The position numbers were made by a program, and so were the translations under genes. 22,579 nt of DNA, from the NCBI GenBank assembly GCA_964534375.1, contig CAZHPN010000090.1, positions 1-22,579 of the forward strand, in the 5' to 3' direction. The notes under the pieces were generated by a model that saw only the letters and a list, made by a program, of their open reading frames with translations, did no database searches and had not been told where the DNA came from. The DNA comes from an uncultured bacterium. GTDB lineage: Bacteria; Lernaellota; Lernaellaia; Lernaellales; Lernaellaceae. Positions 7,281 to 15,774 of this stretch are shown piece after piece. Each line of letters begins with the position of its first letter. Within the stretch, counting starts at the first letter, position 1.

Positions 7281-8424
7281 GCTTGCCGACGGCGGGCCGG
7301 CGAGCTTCCGGCTGAGCCGCCGCTGTTTCCTCGGTTGCCTGGCCAGCGCCGCCGCCGGCGCGACGCTCGCGCCGCTGCCGGCCTGGGCCAAGACCGTGCT
7401 GCCGCGGGCGCTGCCCGAGGGCGCCGAGGCGCCGTTTTACCAGCGCCTGGCCGACGGCCGCGTCGCCTGCCAGGCCTGCCCGTGGGGCTGCGAACTCGGC
7501 CCCGGCGAGACCAGCCGCTGCCGCGCCAAGGCCAACCGCGACGGCAAGCTGGTCGAGTTGGATTACGGCCTGCCGTGCGTGATCAATCTCGATCCGATCG
7601 AAAAGGGGCCGCTGTTCCATTTTCACCCGGGCGAAACCTCGCTGGCGCTGGGCGGTGCCGGCTGCAACCTCGCCTGCCAGTACTGCCAAAATTGGCAGGT
7701 TTCGCAAAAAGGCGCGTGGGAAACCAAGAACATCGACATGCCGGTCGCGCGGTGCAGTTCCGCGGCCAAAGAAAAAAAGTGCCGCGCGGTCACGTTCACC
7801 TATACCGAGCCGGCCGTCGAATTGCGTTATGCGACCGACGTCTTCGCCGCGGCGCGCCGCCACGGGTTGTACACGCATGCGGTCAGCGCGGTGTTCCTGC
7901 ACGCGAAACCGATGCGCCTGCTGTGCGAAAAGGCCGACGCCTTCAGCGCGGCGCTCAAGGGCTTCGACGAGGCGTTCTACCGCGACGTCGTCGGCGGCGA
8001 GCTGGCGCCGGTGCTGACGGCGCTGACGACGATTCGCGAGAGCGGCGCCTGGCTGGAAATAGTCACGCTCGTCGTGCCGGGGATGAACGACCAGCCGGCG
8101 ACGATCGGCAAGATGGCGAAATGGATCGTGCAAAATCTCGGCGCCGACACCCCGCTGCACCTGACGCGCTTCGTGCCCGAATATCGCCTGCAAAAACTGC
8201 CGCGCACCTCGATCGAGACGCTCGAGGCCGGCTGGAAGGCCGCGCGCGACGCCGGGCTGCGGTTCGTCTACCTAGGCAACGTGCCCGGCCACAACGCCGA
8301 AAACACCTTCTGCCCTTCGTGCCAGACGCGGCTCGTTGCGCGCCTTGGCTTCAAGTTGCTGGAAAATCGCGTGCAAAACGGCAAATGTCCCACGTGCGGC
8401 GCGGCGATTCCGGGCAAATGGTGA
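7270..8424 (+). CDS. amrS: AmmeMemoRadiSam-type radical SAM enzyme with twin-arginine (Tat) signal peptide (384 aa)
   Basis: CNLACQYC (Cx3Cx2C), N-terminal CQACPWGC...CR, DPIEKGPLFHFHPG, FTYTEP, PLHLTRFVPEY, FVYLGNVPG, C-terminal CPSC/CPTCG. N-terminus SRRCFL + hydrophobic stretch + AWA. GTG start is tentative. Confidence 0.88.
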   Translation: MATELADGGPASFRLSRRCFLGCLASAAAGATLAPLPAWAKTVLPRALPEGAEAPFYQRLADGRVACQACPWGCELGPGETSRCRAKANRDGKLVELDYGLPCVINLDPIEKGPLFHFHPGETSLALGGAGCNLACQYCQNWQVSQKGAWETKNIDMPVARCSSAAKEKKCRAVTFTYTEPAVELRYATDVFAAARRHGLYTHAVSAVFLHAKPMRLLCEKADAFSAALKGFDEAFYRDVVGGELAPVLTALTTIRESGAWLEIVTLVVPGMNDQPATIGKMAKWIVQNLGADTPLHLTRFVPEYRLQKLPRTSIETLEAGWKAARDAGLRFVYLGNVPGHNAENTFCPSCQTRLVARLGFKLLENRVQNGKCPTCGAAIPGKW

Positions 8425-8460
8425 GCTGATTTAGTCGGCCCGCCCGTTCATTTCCCTTTG

Positions 8461-8496
8461 ACAAGATGGACCGGATTTGCAGGATAGACAGGATCG
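8461..8496. repeat. Four degenerate 9-bp tandem repeats (consensus ACAGGATnn)
   Basis: ACAAGATGG-ACCGGATTT-GCAGGATAG-ACAGGATCG in the intergenic gap. Confidence 0.55.
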
Positions 8497-8532
8497 GCCG
8501 AGCATCATGAAAAATCGGCGTTCAGGCGAACC

Positions 8533-9675
8533 ATGACCAGCCGGAAATATTTTACCTTGACCGTGTCGCGCCGGGCCGTCTTCATCGTGGCGGCGGTCTG
8601 CGGCGGGCTCGTCGTCGCCTTGGGCGGCGTCGAGATCCTCGTCCGCACGTTCGCCGGGGCCGCGTTGGCGGCCGACGCGCCGCGCCTGAAACTCGAAGGG
8701 ACCGATTTCTACGCCCTGACCTACGACGGCGAACTCGGCTGGAAGAACACGCCCGGCCTCGAAGCGCTGGTGGTCCGCGACCGCAAAATTGAAATTCGCC
8801 ACGATTCGCACGGTTTTCGCAACGACGAGGTCGCCGAAAAGAAACCGGCCGACGTTTATCGCATCGTCATTCTTGGCGACTCGGTCGCCTGGGGGTGGGG
8901 CGTCGATCAAGGCGACGTCTACTCGGCGCTGCTGGCCCAGCGGTTGAACGAACGGCGCGCCGTCGGGAAGAGATTCGAGGTCGTCAACGCCGCCGTCTCC
9001 GGCTACGGCACGGCCCAGGAGTTGCTGCTCTTCCGGCGCATCGCCGCCTGGGCCAAACCCGACCTGGTCCTGCTGCACTATTTCGACAACGACGTCGGCG
9101 ACAACTGCGGCACATGGGATTACGGGGCGGCGCGGCCGGTGCTGGTTCCCTTCGACGGCACGTGGCTGGTGAAGAACACGCCGTGCCCGCTACGCCTGCC
9201 GAAACCGCGCGAACCGGCGCGCCTGCTGCGGCCGGCGGCCGGTTTGTGGCGCGCGGCGTCGTACCGGCTGCTCGTGTTCCGCTCGCTCAACCGTCCGGGG
9301 CTCGCGCGGTTCTTCGGCCGGCTCGGATGGTGGTCGATCGAGCCGGATACGTCGATCCGCTTGGGCGGGTCCAGTTGCATCCCCGCGACGATCGGCTTGA
9401 TCCGCCGCCTGAACGACGAGGCGCGGGCTGCCGGCGCGAATTTCGCGGTCGTGTTCGACGCGCGGCAAGACAACGTCGCCGCGGGCATCGCCGACCTGGC
9501 CTGCCTCGATTTGTACCCCGAATTCGTCCGGCGCAACCTGCGCGCGAGCGATATCCGCATTCCGGGCAGCCTCGGCCATTTTTCGCCCGCCGGCCATCTA
9601 TTGATGGCCGATCTCGTCGGCGATTTCCTGACCGCGCGCGGGTTCGTCGCGCCAACCCCGGAAAAACAGCCGTAG
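8533..9675 (+). CDS. SGNH/GDSL hydrolase family protein, N-terminally membrane anchored (380 aa)
   Basis: TM segment AVFIVAAVCGGLVVALGGVEILVR; block I ILGDSVAWG; block II NAAVSGYGT; block III FDND; block V GHFSPAGH. Confidence 0.85.
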   Translation: MTSRKYFTLTVSRRAVFIVAAVCGGLVVALGGVEILVRTFAGAALAADAPRLKLEGTDFYALTYDGELGWKNTPGLEALVVRDRKIEIRHDSHGFRNDEVAEKKPADVYRIVILGDSVAWGWGVDQGDVYSALLAQRLNERRAVGKRFEVVNAAVSGYGTAQELLLFRRIAAWAKPDLVLLHYFDNDVGDNCGTWDYGAARPVLVPFDGTWLVKNTPCPLRLPKPREPARLLRPAAGLWRAASYRLLVFRSLNRPGLARFFGRLGWWSIEPDTSIRLGGSSCIPATIGLIRRLNDEARAAGANFAVVFDARQDNVAAGIADLACLDLYPEFVRRNLRASDIRIPGSLGHFSPAGHLLMADLVGDFLTARGFVAPTPEKQP

Positions 9676-9848
9676 CTCGTCATAGATTGCGCAGTCGCCG
9701 TTCTTGAGAACTCGCGCTGCGGGTCCGGGCGGCCATTTGCGCGCGCGGCAACTGCCGGTAGAATCGCGCTGGCACGGGTCGCCTCGGGCGACGCCAGGGA
9801 AAGTTCCGAGGCCGGAGGAGACGGCCGGCAATTTCAAGGCGGTTTCGC

Positions 9849-12143
9849 GTGACAGACTCCCGATCCGGCCCTGCGGTCTCCCCGGCCGAACAGCCGCCGT
9901 CGCCGGACGCGGCGACGCCCGAAAAACCGCCGTCGTGGCTCGTGGTGGTGCTGCGCGAGCCGGATTCCGTCATCGTCGTTTTTGCGCTGGCGTGGCTGAC
10001 GCTCGCCGTCGGCCCGCTGGTCGCGCTGATCCAAACGCGCGAGAGCGCGCTGCTTTCCGCGCGTTTCTTCGGCGAAGCGGCCTGGCTCTTGGTTTTTCTC
10101 GTCGGCTGGTGCGCGGCCGGTTTGGCGGCGGCGGCGGCGCGCGCGCGCGTCGTCACGTGGCTGCGTTCGTCGCCGGTGTGGGGCTGGGTCTTGGCGGGCC
10201 TGATTCCGTTTTTCCTGCTGTGGGCGCGCGAACGCGTGGGCGGCCGCGGCATGACGCTGCTGTTTCGCGGCGCGGCTTGGACGGCGGCGGTCCTGCTTCT
10301 CTACAGCGTCACGATTCTCTATCGCGAACATCGCGCGGCCGTACGGGCGCTGGACGACCGTTTTGGGCCGGGGAATCGGTCGTTCACCGCGTTTTTCGCC
10401 GTGCCGGCGATCACAACCGTCGTGTTCTACCTGGCGGCGCTGCGCTACGACGCCGTGTTTCTCGCGGTGCGCCTCGTGCCGCCGGTTTTCGTCGTGGACC
10501 TCGCGTTGCAGTTTCTGGTCGGATGCGCGCTGTTTGCATTCGCGCGGCGCGTTTCGCTATTCGCCGTCGCCCAGTTGCTGCTGATCGGCATGCTGTACGT
10601 CGGCAACGCCGTGAAAATCAACTACGTCAACGAACCGCTGATGCCCCACGACCTGTACCTGCTGAAAGAACTCTACTGGATCCTGCCGCTCCAGCAGTTT
10701 CTTCTGGCAGCCGGGCCGGCGGCGCTGTTCGTCGCGATTTTCTTGGTGAATTTTCACTATTTCAAAAAGGCCAGTTCCGTCAGCGTGGTGGTGATTGCGG
10801 CGCTCGTCGCGACGATTCGCTACGACCCGGGCCGGCTGCTGCGGCCGCTCGACAGAATGTTTCGCCCGTACTTTACGGAGCTCATCGTCGAGCAGCGCGA
10901 ACGCGGCGTCAGCGTTTTTCTGCTCGACCGCATCGCGCGCGTCAGCGCGCATCGGCCGCAGGCGCCGACGCGGGAGCAGGTGCGCGAGAACCTGGAGCGC
11001 CTGGGAAAGACGGCGGGCCCGCCGGCGGCAGCGTTGCGCTGGCCCGCGGCGCCGCGCAACGTGTACGTGATCCTGGTCGAATCGATGTGGGACCCGGAAT
11101 TCCTGCGGAATTTCCGATTTTCGGAGCCGCCGTTTTATCCGCCGCTGGGCGATCTGTGGCGGGAGGGCGGCCAATCGACGGCGTTCAGCCCGAATTTCGC
11201 CGGCGGAACCAGCGACTCGGAGTACGAGTTGCTCTGCGGCATGCCCGATTGGTTCGACATGGCGCCGTTCATCTTTTTCCAGGAAAACGACATGCCGTGC
11301 CTGCCGCGCATTTTCGGCGCGGCCGGCTACGACGCGGTCGCGTTTCATCCGCATTTCCCGGCCTTTTTCAACCGGCAGCGCACCTATCCCAAAATCGGGT
11401 TCCAAAGGTTCTACAGCATGAGTTCGTTCAAGGGCGACGACGTCGACGGCGTACGGCTGGCGGATTCGTCGCTTTACCGGCAGGCGGCGAAACTGCTGGA
11501 ACGCGAACGCCGGCCGCCGTATTTCGCGTTCATTCTGACCTTCGCCAGCCACGACCCCTACGTGCTCAACCGCCAGCGCCGGCCGTCGTTCATTCGCAGC
11601 GAACCGGACAACGAGTTGGTGCGCGGGTATGCCAACCGCATCCGGTACACGACCAAGGAAACGTACGATTTCGTCGAGCAGACGGTCGCCGTCGACCCGG
11701 ACGCGCTGATCGTCGTCGTCGGCGACCACGTGCCGCCGCTCGGCTACGAAAACTACGGGCGGCGCGATCTGTTCGACGTGAAAGAGGTGCGGCCGACGCT
11801 GAAAGAAAACACGACGCCGCAAATGTTCGAGCCGCCGCTGATCGTGCTCAACGGGCGGGCGGGGCCGGTTCGCCTGGGCCAGGTGAATATGCACGAACTG
11901 CCGTCGATCATTTTGAAATTGCTCGGCGTCGAACAAAATTCGTGGTTTGACGATTTCACGCCGCCCGGCGCGTACCGGGTGTTCACGGCGTTCGACGCGC
12001 AGATGATCTGGCGCCCCGACGGAACCGTGCGGCAATGCACCGCCGCCGACCCGGATTGCGGGCAATTCCGCCGCTGGAAAGAAACCGTCCGGCCGCTGGT
12101 CGCCGACATTTTATTCGGCGGGCAGTACGCTTTCGGCCAATGA
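9849..12143 (+). CDS. LtaS/OpgB-like alkaline-phosphatase-superfamily (sulfatase-like) membrane protein (764 aa)
   Basis: Multiple N-terminal TM helices, then NVYVILVES, GGTSDSEYE (nucleophile Thr), FHP..FFNR, SHDPY, VVGDHVP. GTG start is tentative. Confidence 0.88.
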   Translation: MTDSRSGPAVSPAEQPPSPDAATPEKPPSWLVVVLREPDSVIVVFALAWLTLAVGPLVALIQTRESALLSARFFGEAAWLLVFLVGWCAAGLAAAAARARVVTWLRSSPVWGWVLAGLIPFFLLWARERVGGRGMTLLFRGAAWTAAVLLLYSVTILYREHRAAVRALDDRFGPGNRSFTAFFAVPAITTVVFYLAALRYDAVFLAVRLVPPVFVVDLALQFLVGCALFAFARRVSLFAVAQLLLIGMLYVGNAVKINYVNEPLMPHDLYLLKELYWILPLQQFLLAAGPAALFVAIFLVNFHYFKKASSVSVVVIAALVATIRYDPGRLLRPLDRMFRPYFTELIVEQRERGVSVFLLDRIARVSAHRPQAPTREQVRENLERLGKTAGPPAAALRWPAAPRNVYVILVESMWDPEFLRNFRFSEPPFYPPLGDLWREGGQSTAFSPNFAGGTSDSEYELLCGMPDWFDMAPFIFFQENDMPCLPRIFGAAGYDAVAFHPHFPAFFNRQRTYPKIGFQRFYSMSSFKGDDVDGVRLADSSLYRQAAKLLERERRPPYFAFILTFASHDPYVLNRQRRPSFIRSEPDNELVRGYANRIRYTTKETYDFVEQTVAVDPDALIVVVGDHVPPLGYENYGRRDLFDVKEVRPTLKENTTPQMFEPPLIVLNGRAGPVRLGQVNMHELPSIILKLLGVEQNSWFDDFTPPGAYRVFTAFDAQMIWRPDGTVRQCTAADPDCGQFRRWKETVRPLVADILFGGQYAFGQ

Positions 12144-12172
12144 GCGATTGGTTCCGCGGCTGTCGCCGCAGC

Positions 12173-12388
12173 TCAAACGCGATTGAACATCGGCGCCGGC
12201 TCGTGCGGTTTGCGGCCGTACACCCGTTCGTACGCCGAGCACCACGGACAAATGCCCACGCTCTCGATGTTTTTCACAAACCAATACGACAAACCCCGCT
12301 GTTTTTCCCGCGCCGATCGGCAAACGGTGCATTCCACGCACCTCTGAGCCAGACGTTGATCTTTTTCGAGCTTTTCCGCGTGGTCCAT
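12173..12388 (-). CDS. Small cysteine-rich hypothetical protein (71 aa), possible metal binding
   Basis: ATG 12388 with strong SD GGAGG (12396-12400); CVECTVC and CPWC motifs; fits the gap between neighbouring genes. Confidence 0.75.
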   Translation of the reverse strand: MDHAEKLEKDQRLAQRCVECTVCRSAREKQRGLSYWFVKNIESVGICPWCSAYERVYGRKPHEPAPMFNRV

Positions 12389-12502
12389 TGGCTGTCCTCC
12401 GTTGTTGCGGCGAACTTCCCTCCGGCGTCGCCGTCGCCGGCTATTGTCGCAGTTGGCCCGCCGGATTCAAGGCGACGGACGGCCCGGCCCGGCCAGCCCT
12501 TG

Positions 12503-12964
12503 TCAAGCGAAATACGGCAGCTCTTTTCGCCAGCCACGACCTTCCGGCGGGATGTCCATCGTCGCGCGCCGAAGCATCGCCGTCCGGAGCGCTTCCGCCA
12601 GCTCGGCGGCTACGGGCGGCCTGGTCAAATAGGCAACGACGCCGGTTTCCGGAAAGCGCAGCATCATGTCCTTGTACGGATCGCTGACGCACAAGATCAC
12701 CGGCACGTCGTCGCGAATCCGGCGGAGATGATGCAGGGCGCGATCGCCGTTCATGTCCGGCATGTCGAAATCCAACACAACGGCCCGAATATCCCGAAAA
12801 TGCTGGCGAAATTCCGCGAGACCGGCCACGCCGCCCCGCGCGAGCAACGGCCGGCAACCGAGCGCCGCGATGGTTCCGGCGATCGCATTGAGCGTGTCTT
12901 CGCTGCGGTCGATCGCAAGAACGGGAGGAATCTCCGGCATTCTTCCCCAATTGGCCACGGTCAT
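12503..12964 (-). CDS. Stand-alone atypical response-regulator receiver domain (153 aa)
   Basis: VLAIDRS..., VVLDFDMPDMNG, PVILCVS, YLTRP. Receiver pattern is recognisable, but the acidic pair, the Thr/Ser and the Lys are altered. ATG 12964 follows a purine-rich SD. Confidence 0.8.
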   Translation of the reverse strand: MTVANWGRMPEIPPVLAIDRSEDTLNAIAGTIAALGCRPLLARGGVAGLAEFRQHFRDIRAVVLDFDMPDMNGDRALHHLRRIRDDVPVILCVSDPYKDMMLRFPETGVVAYLTRPPVAAELAEALRTAMLRRATMDIPPEGRGWRKELPYFA

Positions 12965-13213
12965 CGTTTTTCCCTTTCCTTCTCGTTCGACCGCGAATCT
13001 CGCAGAAAGCCGCGCTGCGGCCAATCGGGGATTCCCGGGCGAACGAAGGCGAAAAGCCCCAAGCCGGGCGGAACGGCGGCGTCGGCCAGACCGTGGTGAT
13101 ATCAAAAAAACTAAGAATTGGGGGCGGGACTTGTGTTTCATCCCGCGCGACCCCACCTTTAGTCCCGAGGGGAAAAGAAAGATTCTGGCGCCAACAACGT
13201 AGCGAGACATTTC

Positions 13214-13864
13214 ATGCCGATCCGCGTATTGCTCGCCGACGACCACCAGATGCTGCGCGACGGCTTGCGCGCGCTTCTCGACAAAGAAACCGATTTCGAA
13301 GTGGTCGGCGAAGCCGAAACCGGCGAGGCCGCCTTGCAGTTATCCGAAAAGCTCAATCCCGATGTCGTCGTGATGGACATTTCGATGCCCGGGATGAACG
13401 GCATTGAAGCCGCGCTCAAGTTTCGGCAGCAACGGCCGAAGACCAAGATTCTCGCGCTCTCGATGCACGCCGACCGGCGTTTCGTCGCCGAGATGCTCAC
13501 CGCCGGCGCCGCGGGTTACCTGCTTAAAGGTTCGGCCGGCGAGGAACTGGTGCAGGCGATCCGCACGGTCGTCTCCGGGAAAACGTACCTGTGTCCGCTG
13601 ATCGCCCGATCCGTCGCCGACGACTATGCCCGCGGCGTGACGACCAACGGCTCCGCCCGGTCGATTTTGACGCCGCGCGAGTTGGAAATCGTACAACACA
13701 TGGTCGAGGGCAAGACGACCAAAGAGATCGCCTACACCCTCAACGTCAGCGTCAAGACGGTCGAGTCGCACCGCGCGCGAATCTTCGAAAAGTTGGGTTT
13801 TTCGAGCATCGCCGAGCTCACCAAGTACGCGCTGCGCGAAGGCATCACCTCGCTCGAATTCTGA
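13214..13864 (+). CDS. NarL/FixJ-family (LuxR HTH) two-component response regulator (216 aa)
   Basis: LLADDH, VMDISMPGMNG, LALSMH, GYLLKG, LTPRELEI...GKTTKEIA..LNVSVKTVESHRARIFEKLG. Confidence 0.96.
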   Translation: MPIRVLLADDHQMLRDGLRALLDKETDFEVVGEAETGEAALQLSEKLNPDVVVMDISMPGMNGIEAALKFRQQRPKTKILALSMHADRRFVAEMLTAGAAGYLLKGSAGEELVQAIRTVVSGKTYLCPLIARSVADDYARGVTTNGSARSILTPRELEIVQHMVEGKTTKEIAYTLNVSVKTVESHRARIFEKLGFSSIAELTKYALREGITSLEF

Positions 13865-14033
13865 GCCCCCGACCGGGCGACGAACCGGCCGGACCTTCCC
13901 ATCAGCCGTCGCTTCGGGTTTTTGGCGCCCCCGAAACAGGATTTCCCCGATGCCCCCGATGCGAACTCAGGCGTACGTTCCCAGCATGTCTTCATATTCG
14001 CTGGGTTCGCTGGGGTTCTCGGGGGGGCGTACA

Positions 14034-14708
14034 ATGGCAAAGCTGATCGCAATCGATGAGGGGTTTTCCAAGCGTCGCAAGCGCAAGGGCGCGCCGGAAA
14101 ACGGCGGCGGCGCCGTCCGGAAATCGGCGGCAGGCGGCAGGCAATCGGCAAAAATCGTCGGCCTGCGCCAGGCCGTGAGCGCGCGCGCCGCGGATCCGGG
14201 CGCCATCGTGCGGAAGGCGACCGCTTACATTCAAAGTGAACTGGACACGCGGGTGAATCTGCACTCGTTTTGTCCGGAATCGATCTGGCGCGTCGAATTC
14301 GAGGCCGAGGTTCTCGATAAGGTCGTTTCGAACCTTTGCCTATACGTCAGCGACGCGATCGGTTGCGCGCTGGCGAAGTCGACGTCGCACGGCGGCAATG
14401 CGCACGGTCGGTCGCCGTACATCGCGGTGGAACTGGAAAACGCGGAAGTCGATCGCTGCCGCTGCACCGCGGACGGCCAAACGGCGCACGGCCGGTGCGT
14501 AGTGCTCACCGTCTCGGGCGATTGCGCCGGGCTGGTGGATGGCGCGTCGTGTCTGCCGGGCGATCCGACATCGTCGAATCCGGGAGATGAACGACTGCGG
14601 GCGACGCAGGCGCTGGTGCGGCAGCGCCGCGGCTGGTTCGATGTTTATGCGGAGTCCGGGCGGCATCTGGCGTTTCGGGCGTTCTTGCCGCTGTGCTCGG
14701 AGTCGTAG
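14034..14708 (+). CDS. Degenerate stand-alone histidine-kinase HATPase_c-like domain protein (224 aa)
   Basis: LDKVVSNLCLYVSDAI (N-box-like), IAVELENAEVD, GRCVVLTVSGDCAGL (G1-like), LVRQRRGWFDVYAESGRHLAFRAFLP resemble the CA domain of CckA-type hybrid kinases. No His-phosphoacceptor helix. ATG 14034 follows a G-rich SD. Confidence 0.65.
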   Translation: MAKLIAIDEGFSKRRKRKGAPENGGGAVRKSAAGGRQSAKIVGLRQAVSARAADPGAIVRKATAYIQSELDTRVNLHSFCPESIWRVEFEAEVLDKVVSNLCLYVSDAIGCALAKSTSHGGNAHGRSPYIAVELENAEVDRCRCTADGQTAHGRCVVLTVSGDCAGLVDGASCLPGDPTSSNPGDERLRATQALVRQRRGWFDVYAESGRHLAFRAFLPLCSES

Positions 14709-14776
14709 GGGTCGCGCCGCCTCGCGGGCGGCACGGGGAATCAATCGCATTTCGATCGGTCCGAAGGGGGATGCAA

Positions 14777-15631
14777 ATGGTTGGGGCGCAAACGATTGTA
14801 GTTCATGGGGCGACGGACGGAATCGGGCGGGAAGTGGCGCTGCGGCTCGCGCGCAAGGGCCGGTCCGTTTACGCTTCCGGCTCGCAACGGAAGGCCCTGG
14901 AGGAATTGCGGCGGGACGCGCACGGCTTGCCGTTGCAAACCATCCAACTGAACCCGACCGACCCGGAATCGGTGGCGCGGTTCAAGACGCGCATCAATCG
15001 CGGGACGCAAAATCTCGGCCCGGACGTCCTGGTCAACAACTCCGGCTGCGAAATGGAGAACGACGGAACCGAGTCGACCGGGTTGCGCAGCATGTGCACG
15101 CAACTCGAACGCGGCCTACAGGGCATGGTCGCGTTGATTGGCGCCTTCGCGCCTCAAATGCGGGTGCGCGGCTGGGGACGCATCGTCAACATTTGCCCAA
15201 CCACCGGCGGCGTCAAGGCGCTGCCGCCAACCGTCAGCCGGCTCTGCGGCGATGGCGCCAAGGCGTTCTCGTTGGCGATGGGCAAGGAACTGTCGCCATT
15301 CGGCGTCGATGTCGTCTACGTCGAGCCGATGCAACTGCGGTCGCGCAACGGCCACGCGGCCGTCGAGGAAAAAACGGACGGCCGCACGGAAGCCCACGAC
15401 GACCCGGGCACGGCGCTGGAACTAGTCGATCCGGGCGTCCTCGTGCGCGCCGTCGAAATGGCGATTGGCGCCAAGAATCCGCCCGGGCTGTGGCCGGCCG
15501 TTCGCGGCGACCGGCTGCTCGCCGCCGTCTGCAGCGCCCTCGGCGACCGCTGGGCGGACCAATTGGTCGGGTTGCTGGGGCTGGTTTCGACCATCCGCGG
15601 CCGGCGTCCGACGCCGGGCAAGAGTTCCTAG
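14777..15631 (+). CDS. Short-chain dehydrogenase/reductase-fold protein, catalytically degenerate (284 aa)
   Basis: IVVHGATDGIG, DVLVNNSG, GRIVNI, ELSPFGVDVVYVEP; no YxxxK. SD AAGGGGG lies 6 nt before ATG 14777 (alternative ATG 14771). Confidence 0.8.
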   Translation: MVGAQTIVVHGATDGIGREVALRLARKGRSVYASGSQRKALEELRRDAHGLPLQTIQLNPTDPESVARFKTRINRGTQNLGPDVLVNNSGCEMENDGTESTGLRSMCTQLERGLQGMVALIGAFAPQMRVRGWGRIVNICPTTGGVKALPPTVSRLCGDGAKAFSLAMGKELSPFGVDVVYVEPMQLRSRNGHAAVEEKTDGRTEAHDDPGTALELVDPGVLVRAVEMAIGAKNPPGLWPAVRGDRLLAAVCSALGDRWADQLVGLLGLVSTIRGRRPTPGKSS

Positions 15632-15774
15632 GCGAGACCGACCGCGTCGCTCGGCCCGCCGCCGCGGACCACCTTGGTTTCCGCTAAAAACGGCTTATAT
15701 TCTCTCCTGAATTAACCGTAGCCCATCGCGAACGCCCGCCGAGCACCGGCGTGCGACGCCGTCCGGAGGAATCG

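Noticed and set aside
8458..8490. TTGACA as a sigma70 -35 box for the SGNH gene
   Set aside because: No acceptable -10 hexamer at 16-18 nt spacing.
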